Part shown: in pieces, positions 20,994 through 30,484 of the stretch
Layout: every line of letters begins with the position of its first letter
Position numbering within the stretch: position 1 is the first letter of the stretch
Assembly: GCA_963791045.1 (NCBI GenBank)
Contig: CAWBQK010000011.1
Span: 64,001-128,000, forward strand
Source of the DNA: Candidatus Latescibacterota bacterium
Lineage (GTDB): Bacteria; Krumholzibacteriota; Krumholzibacteriia; WVZY01
Length of the DNA stretch: 64,000 nt
Direction: 5' to 3'
Notes under the pieces: generated by a model
The model's input: the letters and a program-made list of their open reading frames with translations, nothing else
Told to the model about the DNA's origin: nothing
Database searches by the model: none
Translations under genes and position numbers: made by a program

Positions 20994-22755
20994 CTACATC
21001 GGGGGTGCGAGGGGCAGGTCGATTTGGAAACGGCTTCCTTGTCCAACCTCGCTTGTGACGTCGATTGTGCCGCCGAGATCCATGACAAGGCGGCGCACGA
21101 TCGACAACCCCAGGCCGGTGCCCTTTTCCTTTGTCGTATAAAAGTCATCGAAGATCCGTGACACCTGGTCGGTGGACATTCCCGATCCAGAGTCGGTGAC
21201 CGTGACACGAATGATTTCGTCGCCTTCGCGTGCCGCGCGCGCGGTTGTTACTACGACGGTGCCACCGTCGCCCCCAAGACTATCGATCGCGTTGTCGATT
21301 ATATTCTCGAGAATTCGCCTGAGTGACAACGGATCGCCAAGAACAGTGCCGCGTCCGAGGTCGCCGGGTTTGACGTCGAGTTCGAACGCGTCGCCCGGAC
21401 CCTTGAGACTGGCAACAACGTTCCCAGCGATTTCATTTATGTCGCAGGGCCGTCGTTCACTTCGCGGAGAGATCCGTGCATAATTTGTCGCGAGCGTTTC
21501 GAGATATGAAATGCTCGACTCGATTGTGTCCTCCCGATCCTTAAAAACTCCGGGCATCCTGCCGGGATCGTCCGATGCCATTTGCGTCAGGTGACGAAAT
21601 ACATTCCGGATCGGAGTGAGACCGTTCTTGATATCGTGGTTGACCTGCCGGGCCATTTCGCCGAGTGTGGCGCGGCGTTCGGCGTCTTTGATATGCGTGG
21701 CGCTCGCGCGGATCCTCGTTGTCATGGCGCCGAGCACCCGGGTGAGTGTGCCTATTTCATCTTTGCGTTTTGATTTAAAATCAACATCCAGCCGGTCGAG
21801 ATCGACGCGCGATGTCTTATCGGCAAGTTCAGCGATCGGGCGGCTGATTCTCGCCGCGGTCCAGGCCACGAGAATGACGGCGAGGAATGGCGGTCAAGAC
21901 AACGGCGATCAGAAACCACCGATCGATACTCCGGCGAAGCGAATTCAGCTCCGCGAGATCATGGCTGACACGAAAAGCAGCTTCCCTCGCATCTTTCTGG
22001 GAGGGATCGATGAATGCGATCTTCACATCCCGGACGAGCGCGCTCGCGACCGTTCGATCAATCAAGGAATCGCTTCGCGCCGATCCGGATTCGCGTTTTT
22101 CTTGTATTGTGGCCGGATCGCTTTCGCCGGAAGACTGCAGCACACCGCCCTCGTAAACAAGATCAACAGTGAGGTCCGCGTCACGTGCGAGCCCCGCAAG
22201 AAAACGTTGGTCTATTTTCACGCCTGCGATAATGGCAAATTGTTGATCGCCCATGACTAATGATCCGATCGAGGCAAGCGCGAGAAAAGGCGCGTCCGGC
22301 GCGCGGACACGAATCAATGCCGTTCCATCGGGCGCGGCGCCGAGAAGACTCGGCAGGACGGGATCGATGCGGTCGTACTCATTCCTGAAATGCCCCGAGC
22401 TGACGATTCGACCTGTCTCATCCTGGATTTGCAGCATCGAAAGCCCGGAGAGCCGCATCGCGTTACCCGCGTAATCGAGAAGATAACGCCGATCGTTTTC
22501 AGCACGATCAACGGCGGCGCGTCGGAACCGGTTGTCGCTGAGAACGTCCTCGCGAAGCGCATCGAGCGCAGCGCCGATCCTTTGGCGCTCTTGTCCGAGG
22601 TCATCTTCAATCACCTCGACGAGTGTTGCCACCCGCCGTTCGTACTGAGCGGTGAGGCGTCCGGTCATCTCTCCGCGGACAAAGAACACGAGCGCCGCCA
22701 TCGGGATCAAAACGATCGCAAGAAATATGATCAACAACCGTCCGCGAAACGACAT
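20994..22755 (-). CDS. HAMP-domain sensor histidine kinase (frameshift near 21884)
   Basis: ORF 21829-22755 (TM plus periplasmic domain) joins 20994-21869 (HAMP, HDIKN H-box, N/G1/F/G2 boxes) if one C is removed. Confidence 0.88.
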
Positions 22756-22764
22756 TTCCGCCGA

Positions 22765-24237
22765 TCACTCCTCTGGCGTGTCATTGACGATGACAAGGTT
22801 GTTATACCAGTCCACGTACAAACCAAATTTGTCTTTTCTCGCAATTGCGTGTGACCGAGTTTCAACAAGCGGAACCAGCGCATCAAGGAAGCCGGTTCCA
22901 AGAACGGCCAACCACGGCACGCGATCAATGAACTCCTTCGCCTCAAAACATGGAATTGGTGTTCGCCGCGGGAGCGCCAGTATGTATGCGAAATCAGAAC
23001 CCGCCCGGAGGCTCATGCCAAACTGTCCTTTTGTTACACCCTCCGAGACGGTGGTGTTCCCGTCAAGCTCAAGCCCGGGGAGCGCTTTGTCGATAGCGTG
23101 GGCCTCGGAGGACGATTCGGGCCCCGCCGCGGCGAGCGCGACGATTCGCTCCGCGAGGCCTCTTGCCACGGGATCATCCGACTCATAAAGAATTCGTCGA
23201 ACATCCTCGCCGTCATCTGTAGAGGGCAATCCGGCCGACACCTCTGAAATCAAACCCGGCAACTCGGTGCATTCGCGAAGATCATCCCACCACGCCGGCG
23301 GGTTGTACCCGCGAGCAACACCACGAACGGCGTCTCGGGCGAGCGCGTTCGACAAGTCATCGTCATATGAATCAAACGAGCGGCCGTTTGTGATTTCACG
23401 TGCGCGTGTTGTCGAAATGAGAACATATATCTTGTCCCATGAAAGTTCGATGGCGGCAAACACCGGTTTGCCCGCCGCGTATTCGATCACCGCGGGGTCG
23501 GAGGTGATCATTAGGTCTATCTCGCGTTCGAGAAGATTGCGAGCGTCATCCGGCGATGATCGAACGAATCGAATCACCGGCCCGACCGCGCCATCTATTG
23601 GAACGAGAGGGATGATGGGCGGCGAGATGCTCGACGTGTTGTGCACCGAATCGTCAAACTTGTAGCGCCCGGTCCCAATGTGCCATCGGGAGTCGGGGAG
23701 CCGCTTTGATACGGCAAACGCCGGTGCCGACATCGCGCGGGGAACATCTTTTGTGGGCTTGTCGAGATAAACCGCGATGGTGTGTTCGTCGAGCGCCGCG
23801 GCGGAGTCGACGATTGTGTGAAGCCTTAAGGCGTCCTCCCATCCGTTTATTATTGCGTGCGCGCCAACGCGTGTGCCGTCCGACCAGGTGGCGCCCTTAC
23901 GGAGCGTAAATATCCATCGGCGTCCTCGATCCTCGCGTTTCCAGGACACGGCGAGCCCCGGCCGGACTCTGCCGTCGCAGTCGATACCAATGAGCGTTTC
24001 ATAGAGCAGGAAGAAGAGTTGTTGTTCGCCGGGGTTATGCCCCCAGGGAGCAAACTCGGGGACGGCAGTGTCGAAAATCGCGATGGTGACCGTGTCTGCT
24101 CCGTCGTCAGGAACCTCGAGTAGTTCGCAGGAGGACGGGGGATACCAGTCCGTCGTCGCCGCCGGTGGCCCACCACACGAGGACAAACCGAGGACAACCA
24201 ACAAGCCGACCAGGAATGGGATTCTTGTAATACGCAT
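22765..24237 (-). CDS. ABC-type family 5 substrate-binding-like lipoprotein
   Basis: Lipobox LSSC; LLYETLI..D..G...PGLA.SW......W.FTLR.GA.WSDG. Confidence 0.8.
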   Translation of the reverse strand: MRITRIPFLVGLLVVLGLSSCGGPPAATTDWYPPSSCELLEVPDDGADTVTIAIFDTAVPEFAPWGHNPGEQQLFFLLYETLIGIDCDGRVRPGLAVSWKREDRGRRWIFTLRKGATWSDGTRVGAHAIINGWEDALRLHTIVDSAAALDEHTIAVYLDKPTKDVPRAMSAPAFAVSKRLPDSRWHIGTGRYKFDDSVHNTSSISPPIIPLVPIDGAVGPVIRFVRSSPDDARNLLEREIDLMITSDPAVIEYAAGKPVFAAIELSWDKIYVLISTTRAREITNGRSFDSYDDDLSNALARDAVRGVARGYNPPAWWDDLRECTELPGLISEVSAGLPSTDDGEDVRRILYESDDPVARGLAERIVALAAAGPESSSEAHAIDKALPGLELDGNTTVSEGVTKGQFGMSLRAGSDFAYILALPRRTPIPCFEAKEFIDRVPWLAVLGTGFLDALVPLVETRSHAIARKDKFGLYVDWYNNLVIVNDTPEE

Positions 24238-24384
24238 AGTTTGTTCTGGGTTGCGACCGATGTCTGCCTGTTCTCAGGATTGTTGTTTGTCGCCGTTGTG
24301 TCAATCTTTACCATATTAAAGGTGAAATCATTCACAACTCAAAGAAAAATAATAGGTTAAATCAAAAGAAACAACCCCTGCAGT

Positions 24385-24402
24385 AATTGACATTTGTCAA
24401 TT
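24385..24402. promoter_or_regulatory. 18-bp palindrome AATTGACATTTGTCAATT (candidate operator overlapping a -35 box)
   Basis: Identical copy at 52092-52109. Confidence 0.65.
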
Positions 24403-24503
24403 TTAGGCTAGTATTCATATATACGAAATCAGATGGATAACAAATATACACATCTGATGACCCTTATCGATTCTACCAACTAAGACAGCCAAGGGGGGCA
24501 ATC

Positions 24504-25928
24504 TTGGGCAAAAATAGCACATCAACTCTCGACGGTAAAACGGTCGTCCTGGACGACGCCGTCGTCGAAGAGTTCAAAGGTCAAATCGCCGGGACGGTTT
24601 TCGAACCCGGTGACGAGGGATACGACGACGCCAGGCAAATATGGAACGCGATGATCGACAAGCGACCGTCGTACATCGTTCGCTGCAGCGGTGTGGCGGA
24701 TGTGATGCGCTCGGTCGCATTCGCGCGTCAACACGGCCTTCTCACCGCGGTTCGCAGTGGCGGACACAATATCGCCGGGAACGCGATATGCGATGACGGA
24801 TTGGTGATCGACCTGTCAGCGATGAATACCGTACGCATCGACCCATCGGCTCGACGCGCGCACGTCGGCCCCGGTGCCAGCCTGGGCGACTTCGATCACG
24901 AAGCGCAGGCGTTTGCGCTCGCCACCCCTTTGGGAATCAACTCGACGACGGGTGTGGCCGGCCTGACGCTCGGCGGCGGTTTTGGTTGGCTCAGCCGAAA
25001 GTACGGAATTACCGCTGACAATCTGGTAGCCGCCGATGTGGTAACCGCCGACGGCAAATTCGTCACCGCTAGCGAGACCGAGAACCCGGACCTTTTCTGG
25101 GCGCTTCGTGGCGGCGGCGGCAACTTTGGCATCGTGACCCGTTTCGAGTTCGACCTGCATCCGGTCGGCCCCGAGGTCTTTGCCGGCCTGATCGTCTTCC
25201 CATTCGAGGAAGCCAGGAGTGTTCTGAACAAGTATCGCGAGTTTGTGCTGACACTCTCCGATGAAGCAAGCGTATGGGTGGTGCTCCGCAAGGCGCCGCC
25301 GCTTCCGTTCCTTCCCGAGGATGTTCACGGCAAGGAAGTTGTTGTGCTTGCCGTCTGTCACGCTGGCGATCCTGCCGAGGCAGAGAAGACATTTGCGCCT
25401 CTTCGTGGTTTCGGAACTGCCCACGGTGAACATCTCGGTGCCATGCCCTTCAAAGCCTGGCAGGCAGCTTTCGACCCTCTGCTCACTCCGGGTGCACGCA
25501 ACTATTGGAAGTCGCACAACTTTACCGAATTGAGCGACGGCGCCCTCGACACCGTCATTGAGTACGCGGGGAAACTCCCTTCTCCCCAGTGCGAAATCTT
25601 CATAGCACAAATGGGCGGCCAGACGAATCGCGTTGAAGCGACGGCCACGGCATACGCTCATCGAGAAGCCAATTTCGTCCTGAACGTCCACGGTCGATGG
25701 GATGAGCCGGGTGAGGACGAACACTGTGTGGCGTGGTCCCGATCGTTTTTTAATGCCGCCGCGCCCTTTGCGACGGGCGGTGTCTATGTGAATTTTATGA
25801 CTGATGAGGAAACCGATCGAGTCCGGGCGGCCTACGGGCCGGCATACGATCGGCTCGCCAAGGTCAAAGCGAAGTACGACCCGGACAATTTTTTCCGTCT
25901 GAATCAGAACATTAAGGCGGGCTCGTGA
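24504..25928 (+). CDS. FAD-binding oxidoreductase, berberine-bridge-enzyme/VAO family
   Basis: RSGGHN, TGVAGLTLGGG.G, LFWALRGGGGNFGIVT, YVNF...KYDP.N.F..NQNI; TTG start. Confidence 0.95.
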   Translation: MGKNSTSTLDGKTVVLDDAVVEEFKGQIAGTVFEPGDEGYDDARQIWNAMIDKRPSYIVRCSGVADVMRSVAFARQHGLLTAVRSGGHNIAGNAICDDGLVIDLSAMNTVRIDPSARRAHVGPGASLGDFDHEAQAFALATPLGINSTTGVAGLTLGGGFGWLSRKYGITADNLVAADVVTADGKFVTASETENPDLFWALRGGGGNFGIVTRFEFDLHPVGPEVFAGLIVFPFEEARSVLNKYREFVLTLSDEASVWVVLRKAPPLPFLPEDVHGKEVVVLAVCHAGDPAEAEKTFAPLRGFGTAHGEHLGAMPFKAWQAAFDPLLTPGARNYWKSHNFTELSDGALDTVIEYAGKLPSPQCEIFIAQMGGQTNRVEATATAYAHREANFVLNVHGRWDEPGEDEHCVAWSRSFFNAAAPFATGGVYVNFMTDEETDRVRAAYGPAYDRLAKVKAKYDPDNFFRLNQNIKAGS

Positions 25929-26018
25929 CGTGAGCCGGGCTTGACGTTCATAAATTGATGTGTCAACTCGACACTTTTACGAACAGTGCACAACCGTAAA
26001 CAAACGGAGGTTCCAGAT

Positions 26019-26579
26019 ATGTCAGAACAGACACAGAAAATCACCAAAGTGAACGGTGTTAATGTGACCGCCATGGGCGAAACCGTCGAGGCGATTCAGG
26101 GCAAGCCGGAATTGGCGAAGTTCACGTTTCGCGCGTCCAACAAGTGGTTGACGTGTGGCAACAACCAGACGAGCGTTAAAGGATTTTACGGCGCGGGCCA
26201 GGAATTCTCGCACGTCAAGCCGTTTACGCTCGACGCAGATGAGCCCGAAGTGCTGCTGGGCGAGGGCGTGGCACCCGGGCCGGCCGATTATGTGTTGACG
26301 GCGCTCGCCGCGTGCATGGCCACATCGGTCGCGTATCATGCGGCCGCTAAGGGCATCAAAGTCGAGAGTGTCGAATCGTCGCTCGAAGGCAACATCGACC
26401 TTCACGGTTTTCTTGGCCTTTCGACCGAGGTTCCGAAGGGGTTCCAGGACATCACCGTGTCGATGAAGATCAAAAGCGATGCGACGGTCGAGCAGCTCAA
26501 GGAACTCGCCAGTATGTCACCCGTTGCCGACACATTGACGAGGGCGATTCCGGTCAAGATCAATATCGATAAGGCATAA
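26019..26579 (+). CDS. OsmC family protein
   Basis: ADEP..LLG....P.P..Y.L.ALAAC, EG.IDL.GFLGL; RBS ggagg. Confidence 0.9.
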   Translation: MSEQTQKITKVNGVNVTAMGETVEAIQGKPELAKFTFRASNKWLTCGNNQTSVKGFYGAGQEFSHVKPFTLDADEPEVLLGEGVAPGPADYVLTALAACMATSVAYHAAAKGIKVESVESSLEGNIDLHGFLGLSTEVPKGFQDITVSMKIKSDATVEQLKELASMSPVADTLTRAIPVKINIDKA

Positions 26580-26737
26580 TACCGACCGAAAAATGCCGAG
26601 ATCGAATGGCAATCCGGCGTGGGTTCAAACGAGCCCGCGCCGATTGTTTTTGAACCCGTCCTCCGCCGCAATTCAATTTTGTCGCAAACCGTGCGTCCCA
26701 AATGGCGACTTCAAAAGGCCGTGTCAAAGCGAATCGA

Positions 26738-26766
26738 TTGACATCTCATCCCCGATCTGGTAAAAT
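26738..26766 (+). promoter_or_regulatory. Near-consensus sigma70 promoter
   Basis: TTGACA-17 bp-TAAAAT with extended -10 TG. Confidence 0.75.
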
Positions 26767-26915
26767 GTTCCTCCACAGTAATATACTCGGATTGGTCAGG
26801 CCCTCGAACTTCAAGTTTGCGGCACGGCACTTTGAATTCGGGGATGGGGGGTAGAGTATGTGCCTGTTGTGTATGGGCTTGTGTTTGGTCTAAGTATATG
26901 CTCAGGAGGCGGACT

Positions 26916-27641
26916 ATGAAGAAAGCAGCGATTGTTTTTGCAGTTATGTTTGCGTTAACGTTGTTCGCCGGTGCGTCCTTCGCGGGGCCACCCTTGAACG
27001 GTGACTACGATTCAGATGATATCGGGGGCCCGACCAATGTTGGTCGGTACACTGAATCGTTTGTGGCTCCAAACGGATCTCTTCTTGCCGGAACCACATT
27101 GAACGCGGAATCGTGGGACGGCATGAATCTCGGTCTTCAGTGGCGGTACTATTGCTCCACTCAGTTTGTCGATCCAATTCTTCTCATTGACACCGTCAAC
27201 TCGAGCGGCAATGGGAATCGGACCTACCAGAAGACATTTGTCGGCGGTTACATCTGGTTGAGCGGCGCCGGGCCATGGGGCAACGGAGACGCCGAATACG
27301 CCGGACCGATCGATACGTACTACGAGTTCGAAACGATTCAGTACACGAACTGGGTGCGGACTCACGCCGTCACCAATATTCAGGCGACGGCGCATTTTGA
27401 CAACTACCCGACGACCTGTATGGTCTTCTCGGTTGGCAATGGTCTTGAAATCGGCAGCACCGATTTTGGTGACGTGAAGCCGGCGACCTATCCTGATTTG
27501 CTTCAGGAAGGAACATGCGCGCCGGTTATGACAATGGGTGGCTGGTGGGATTTCTTCACCCTCACCTTGTCGATCACCGATTGTACGGTTCCGACGCAGG
27601 ACACGACGTGGGGCGCAATCAAGTCGCTTTACACGGACTAG
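26916..27641 (+). CDS. Secreted protein with C-terminal TWGAIKSLY tail
   Basis: Sec signal MKKAAIV...ASFA, RBS aggagg, ends VPTQDTTWGAIKSLYTD. Confidence 0.9.
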   Translation: MKKAAIVFAVMFALTLFAGASFAGPPLNGDYDSDDIGGPTNVGRYTESFVAPNGSLLAGTTLNAESWDGMNLGLQWRYYCSTQFVDPILLIDTVNSSGNGNRTYQKTFVGGYIWLSGAGPWGNGDAEYAGPIDTYYEFETIQYTNWVRTHAVTNIQATAHFDNYPTTCMVFSVGNGLEIGSTDFGDVKPATYPDLLQEGTCAPVMTMGGWWDFFTLTLSITDCTVPTQDTTWGAIKSLYTD

Positions 27642-27700
27642 GGTAGATCGAGCTTCCGCGCCGCTGGTCCACCGTGCGGACCCTACGGCAACGGACGTTG

Positions 27701-27741
27701 AAAAAGAACCCGGCGGGCTGATCGCCCGTCGGGTTCTTTTT
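27701..27741. terminator. Rho-independent terminator
   Basis: aaaaagaacccggcgggc-tgatc-gcccgtcgggttcttttt. Confidence 0.85.
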
Positions 27742-27903
27742 GCCCCGTATTTCCATGACCAGAAGAGATGATCGAGCGCTCCCGCGACGCGGCCCGCCGG
27801 CGAGATTTCTGCATATCGGCGTAACCCGTTGCCGGTGTATTCGTATGTATTTTCAGAGGCTATACTGCGGCCGACGACCATGCCCGGTTTACAGGAGCTG
27901 CAA

Positions 27904-28815
27904 ATGCGTTCAAGAATATTCAGCTGGATTGTCTTCTCGACAATGATGTGTTGTCTGAATTCTCCGGCGGTCACAGAAGCGTGTTCGATTTTCTATCTCG
28001 CCCGCGGCGAGAAGGTTCTCGCCGGGCAGAATCAGGACGCCAATAATCCCAATTCGAAAATGTGGTTTATTCCCGCGTCGGAGGATCAGCACGGGCGTGT
28101 TTTGTTCGGTTTCGACAAGGAATACAAGATTGCCGAGAGCGGGATGAACGATCAGGGACTTTTTATCGGCGTGAATGCCCTCGACAGCGAAACGGGGTGG
28201 AAACCATCGCCGGACAAACCGGATTGGGAAGACTGGGAGGGTTGGTATGTCACGGGTGTTCCCGACGGCGTCCTCGCAAAGTGCGCGACGGTGGATGAAG
28301 CGGTGGCGATATTCGACACATATAATCTGCTGATGTTTGCAAAAGTGAAGTACCTGATCGGCGACAAGACGGGCAGGTCGGTCGTCCTCGAGTGGAGCGA
28401 GAACGGACTCCAGGTTGTTGAACGATCGGGGGATTATCAGATTTCCACCAATTTCGTGACATCGAATTTTGCGCGTGACGACTATCCGTGCGAGCGCTAT
28501 GAAATCGCCGATCGCATTTTTAGTAGTAGCGACGGCGAAGCGTCGATCGATCTGATCAGATCGGTATTGTCGGCGACGTGCTTTGAATACTTTATGTTTA
28601 CGCCGACATTGTACTCGGTTCTTTACAATATCGAGAACGGACGCTTCTACTTGAGTTTCTTTCACAATTTTGAGGAAATTATAGAGTTTGACCTCGGCGC
28701 AGAACTCGAGAAAGGCGCCGCGCGCTACCGGCTCCACGACCTGTTTTCGCAGCATTCATACGCATATGGTCTCTATTTGAAGAAAGCGGGAAAGCTCGAC
28801 CCCGCCCCTCAGTAA
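27904..28815 (+). CDS. Secreted Ntn hydrolase (choloylglycine hydrolase / C45-like)
   Basis: Signal peptide, then N-terminal nucleophile Cys (A|CSIF...GQNQD), GMNDQGL, STNF, TLYS..Y. Confidence 0.85.
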   Translation: MRSRIFSWIVFSTMMCCLNSPAVTEACSIFYLARGEKVLAGQNQDANNPNSKMWFIPASEDQHGRVLFGFDKEYKIAESGMNDQGLFIGVNALDSETGWKPSPDKPDWEDWEGWYVTGVPDGVLAKCATVDEAVAIFDTYNLLMFAKVKYLIGDKTGRSVVLEWSENGLQVVERSGDYQISTNFVTSNFARDDYPCERYEIADRIFSSSDGEASIDLIRSVLSATCFEYFMFTPTLYSVLYNIENGRFYLSFFHNFEEIIEFDLGAELEKGAARYRLHDLFSQHSYAYGLYLKKAGKLDPAPQ

Positions 28816-28958
28816 GGGCGCCCCGGCACTCCACTGTGAAAATTCGAAACATCCGCGGCTCCGGTCTTGTCCTACTGGACAACGGGCAATCCCGCGCCCA
28901 GTAATAGTGTGGTGCGGGTCCTGTCGTCCTCTCAATGTGACGTGCAAGGAGAAGAATA

Positions 28959-30176
28959 ATGCGGACATTCATAATCACGGTCGTGCTACTGGTTGCCATG
29001 GTTTCCACGTTGTACGGTGGCGAAAGTGCCACTGTCGAGCAGCGAATCAAGGCTGTTGAGAACGGGCTCATCGAATTCACGGCTCCGGCGAACATGCTCG
29101 CGCCCGCCGCGGACGGCGCCGGCACTCACGCGTTGGCGGAGAGAATGGCGCATTACAAGATCCCCGGTGTGAGTATTGCGGTCATTAACGATTTCAAGAT
29201 CGAGTGGGCAAAGGGATACGGCGTGACCTGGGTCGGTGAGGGGACGCCCGTGACAACCGGGACGCTATTCGAGGCCGCGTCGACAAGCAAGCTCGTTGTC
29301 TCCGCCATTACACTTCACTATGTCGAGAATGGACTTCTCGATCTCGATGAAGACGTAAACAAGAAGCTCAAATCGTGGAAAATCCCCGAAAATGATTTCA
29401 CCAAAAAAGAAAAGGTGACGCTTCGGCGGCTTCTGACCCACCAGGCTGGGCTCAACCGGCCCGATGGCGGGTTTTCGTGGGAAGAGGGACGCATGCCCAC
29501 ACTCGTTCAGACGCTTAGCGGCGAGGCGCCCGCGGAAAATGATCCCGCGGTTGTTGAGGTGGCTCCGGGCACGGAGTGGCGGTACTCGAACCTTGGGTAT
29601 ATCGTCATTCAACAGCTTCTCGAAGATGTGACCGGCCAGCCGTTTGCCGACATTGCGCGTGACGTGATTTTTGAGCCGCTCGGGATGACATCGAGCACGT
29701 TCAAAGTTCCTCTCGATGCGGGCGCGAAGCGGAAGAAAGCCTTGCCCCATGACCCCGAAGGATCCGCGCACGACCCCGAGATGCATGTCAACGCCGTCGC
29801 CAATGGCGGCCTGATCACGACACCCACCGATCTGGCCATCTTCACCAACGAACTGATTCTCGCCTGGCACGGGAGATCCGACCGAATACTGTCGCAAAAG
29901 ACCGCCCGCGCGATGTTCGCCAGTGAACTTGATATCGACCCGGTGGTTCTCGGTGTACCTCTGAAAGAGGGCCTTGGCGTGCTGCTCTTCGGAGACGGCG
30001 CCGCCCGGGTGTTCCTCCATCCCGGCGACAATGCCCCCGGAACGAGCAGCTGGCTCATGGGCTACCCCGAGACGGGCAACGGGATTATTGTCATGGCGAA
30101 CGGCGCAATGGGAAACCTCCTCGCGATGGAGATTGTCGCTGCCGTCATCACCACATACGCCTGGCCGGTTGATTAG
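28959..30176 (+). CDS. Serine hydrolase, beta-lactamase/AmpC-like family
   Basis: SxxK (ASTSK), LLTHQAG, YSN.GY, HPG; signal peptide. Confidence 0.92.
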   Translation: MRTFIITVVLLVAMVSTLYGGESATVEQRIKAVENGLIEFTAPANMLAPAADGAGTHALAERMAHYKIPGVSIAVINDFKIEWAKGYGVTWVGEGTPVTTGTLFEAASTSKLVVSAITLHYVENGLLDLDEDVNKKLKSWKIPENDFTKKEKVTLRRLLTHQAGLNRPDGGFSWEEGRMPTLVQTLSGEAPAENDPAVVEVAPGTEWRYSNLGYIVIQQLLEDVTGQPFADIARDVIFEPLGMTSSTFKVPLDAGAKRKKALPHDPEGSAHDPEMHVNAVANGGLITTPTDLAIFTNELILAWHGRSDRILSQKTARAMFASELDIDPVVLGVPLKEGLGVLLFGDGAARVFLHPGDNAPGTSSWLMGYPETGNGIIVMANGAMGNLLAMEIVAAVITTYAWPVD

Positions 30177-30484
30177 TGTCTGTTTAGGCGGAAAAACCAC
30201 GACATAGTTGATCAGCCCGGCGAAGGTTGATCCCACTCCCCTGTTTCTGCTAAAATGCGCCGTAGCTGGTGTTTCTCGCTATCCATATGCAAATATTTGT
30301 CGGCATTTCTGAAGTGTTCGGCCGATCGACCCGGACGACATCTTGCTATCGCGCGATCAGTTGCCCGTGACGCAATCGCAGGAGTTGGCTGTCACGGTTT
30401 GTTACCCACGCGAAATCAAACCGAAAAACAACCACTACCGAACACGTGTTCGGTAAAAACTCAATATCGGATTCGGAGGATCAC

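Noticed and set aside
26819-26836. Sigma54-like GGCACG upstream of the TWG gene
   Set aside because: No GC at the required GG-N10 position; a near-consensus sigma70 promoter explains expression.
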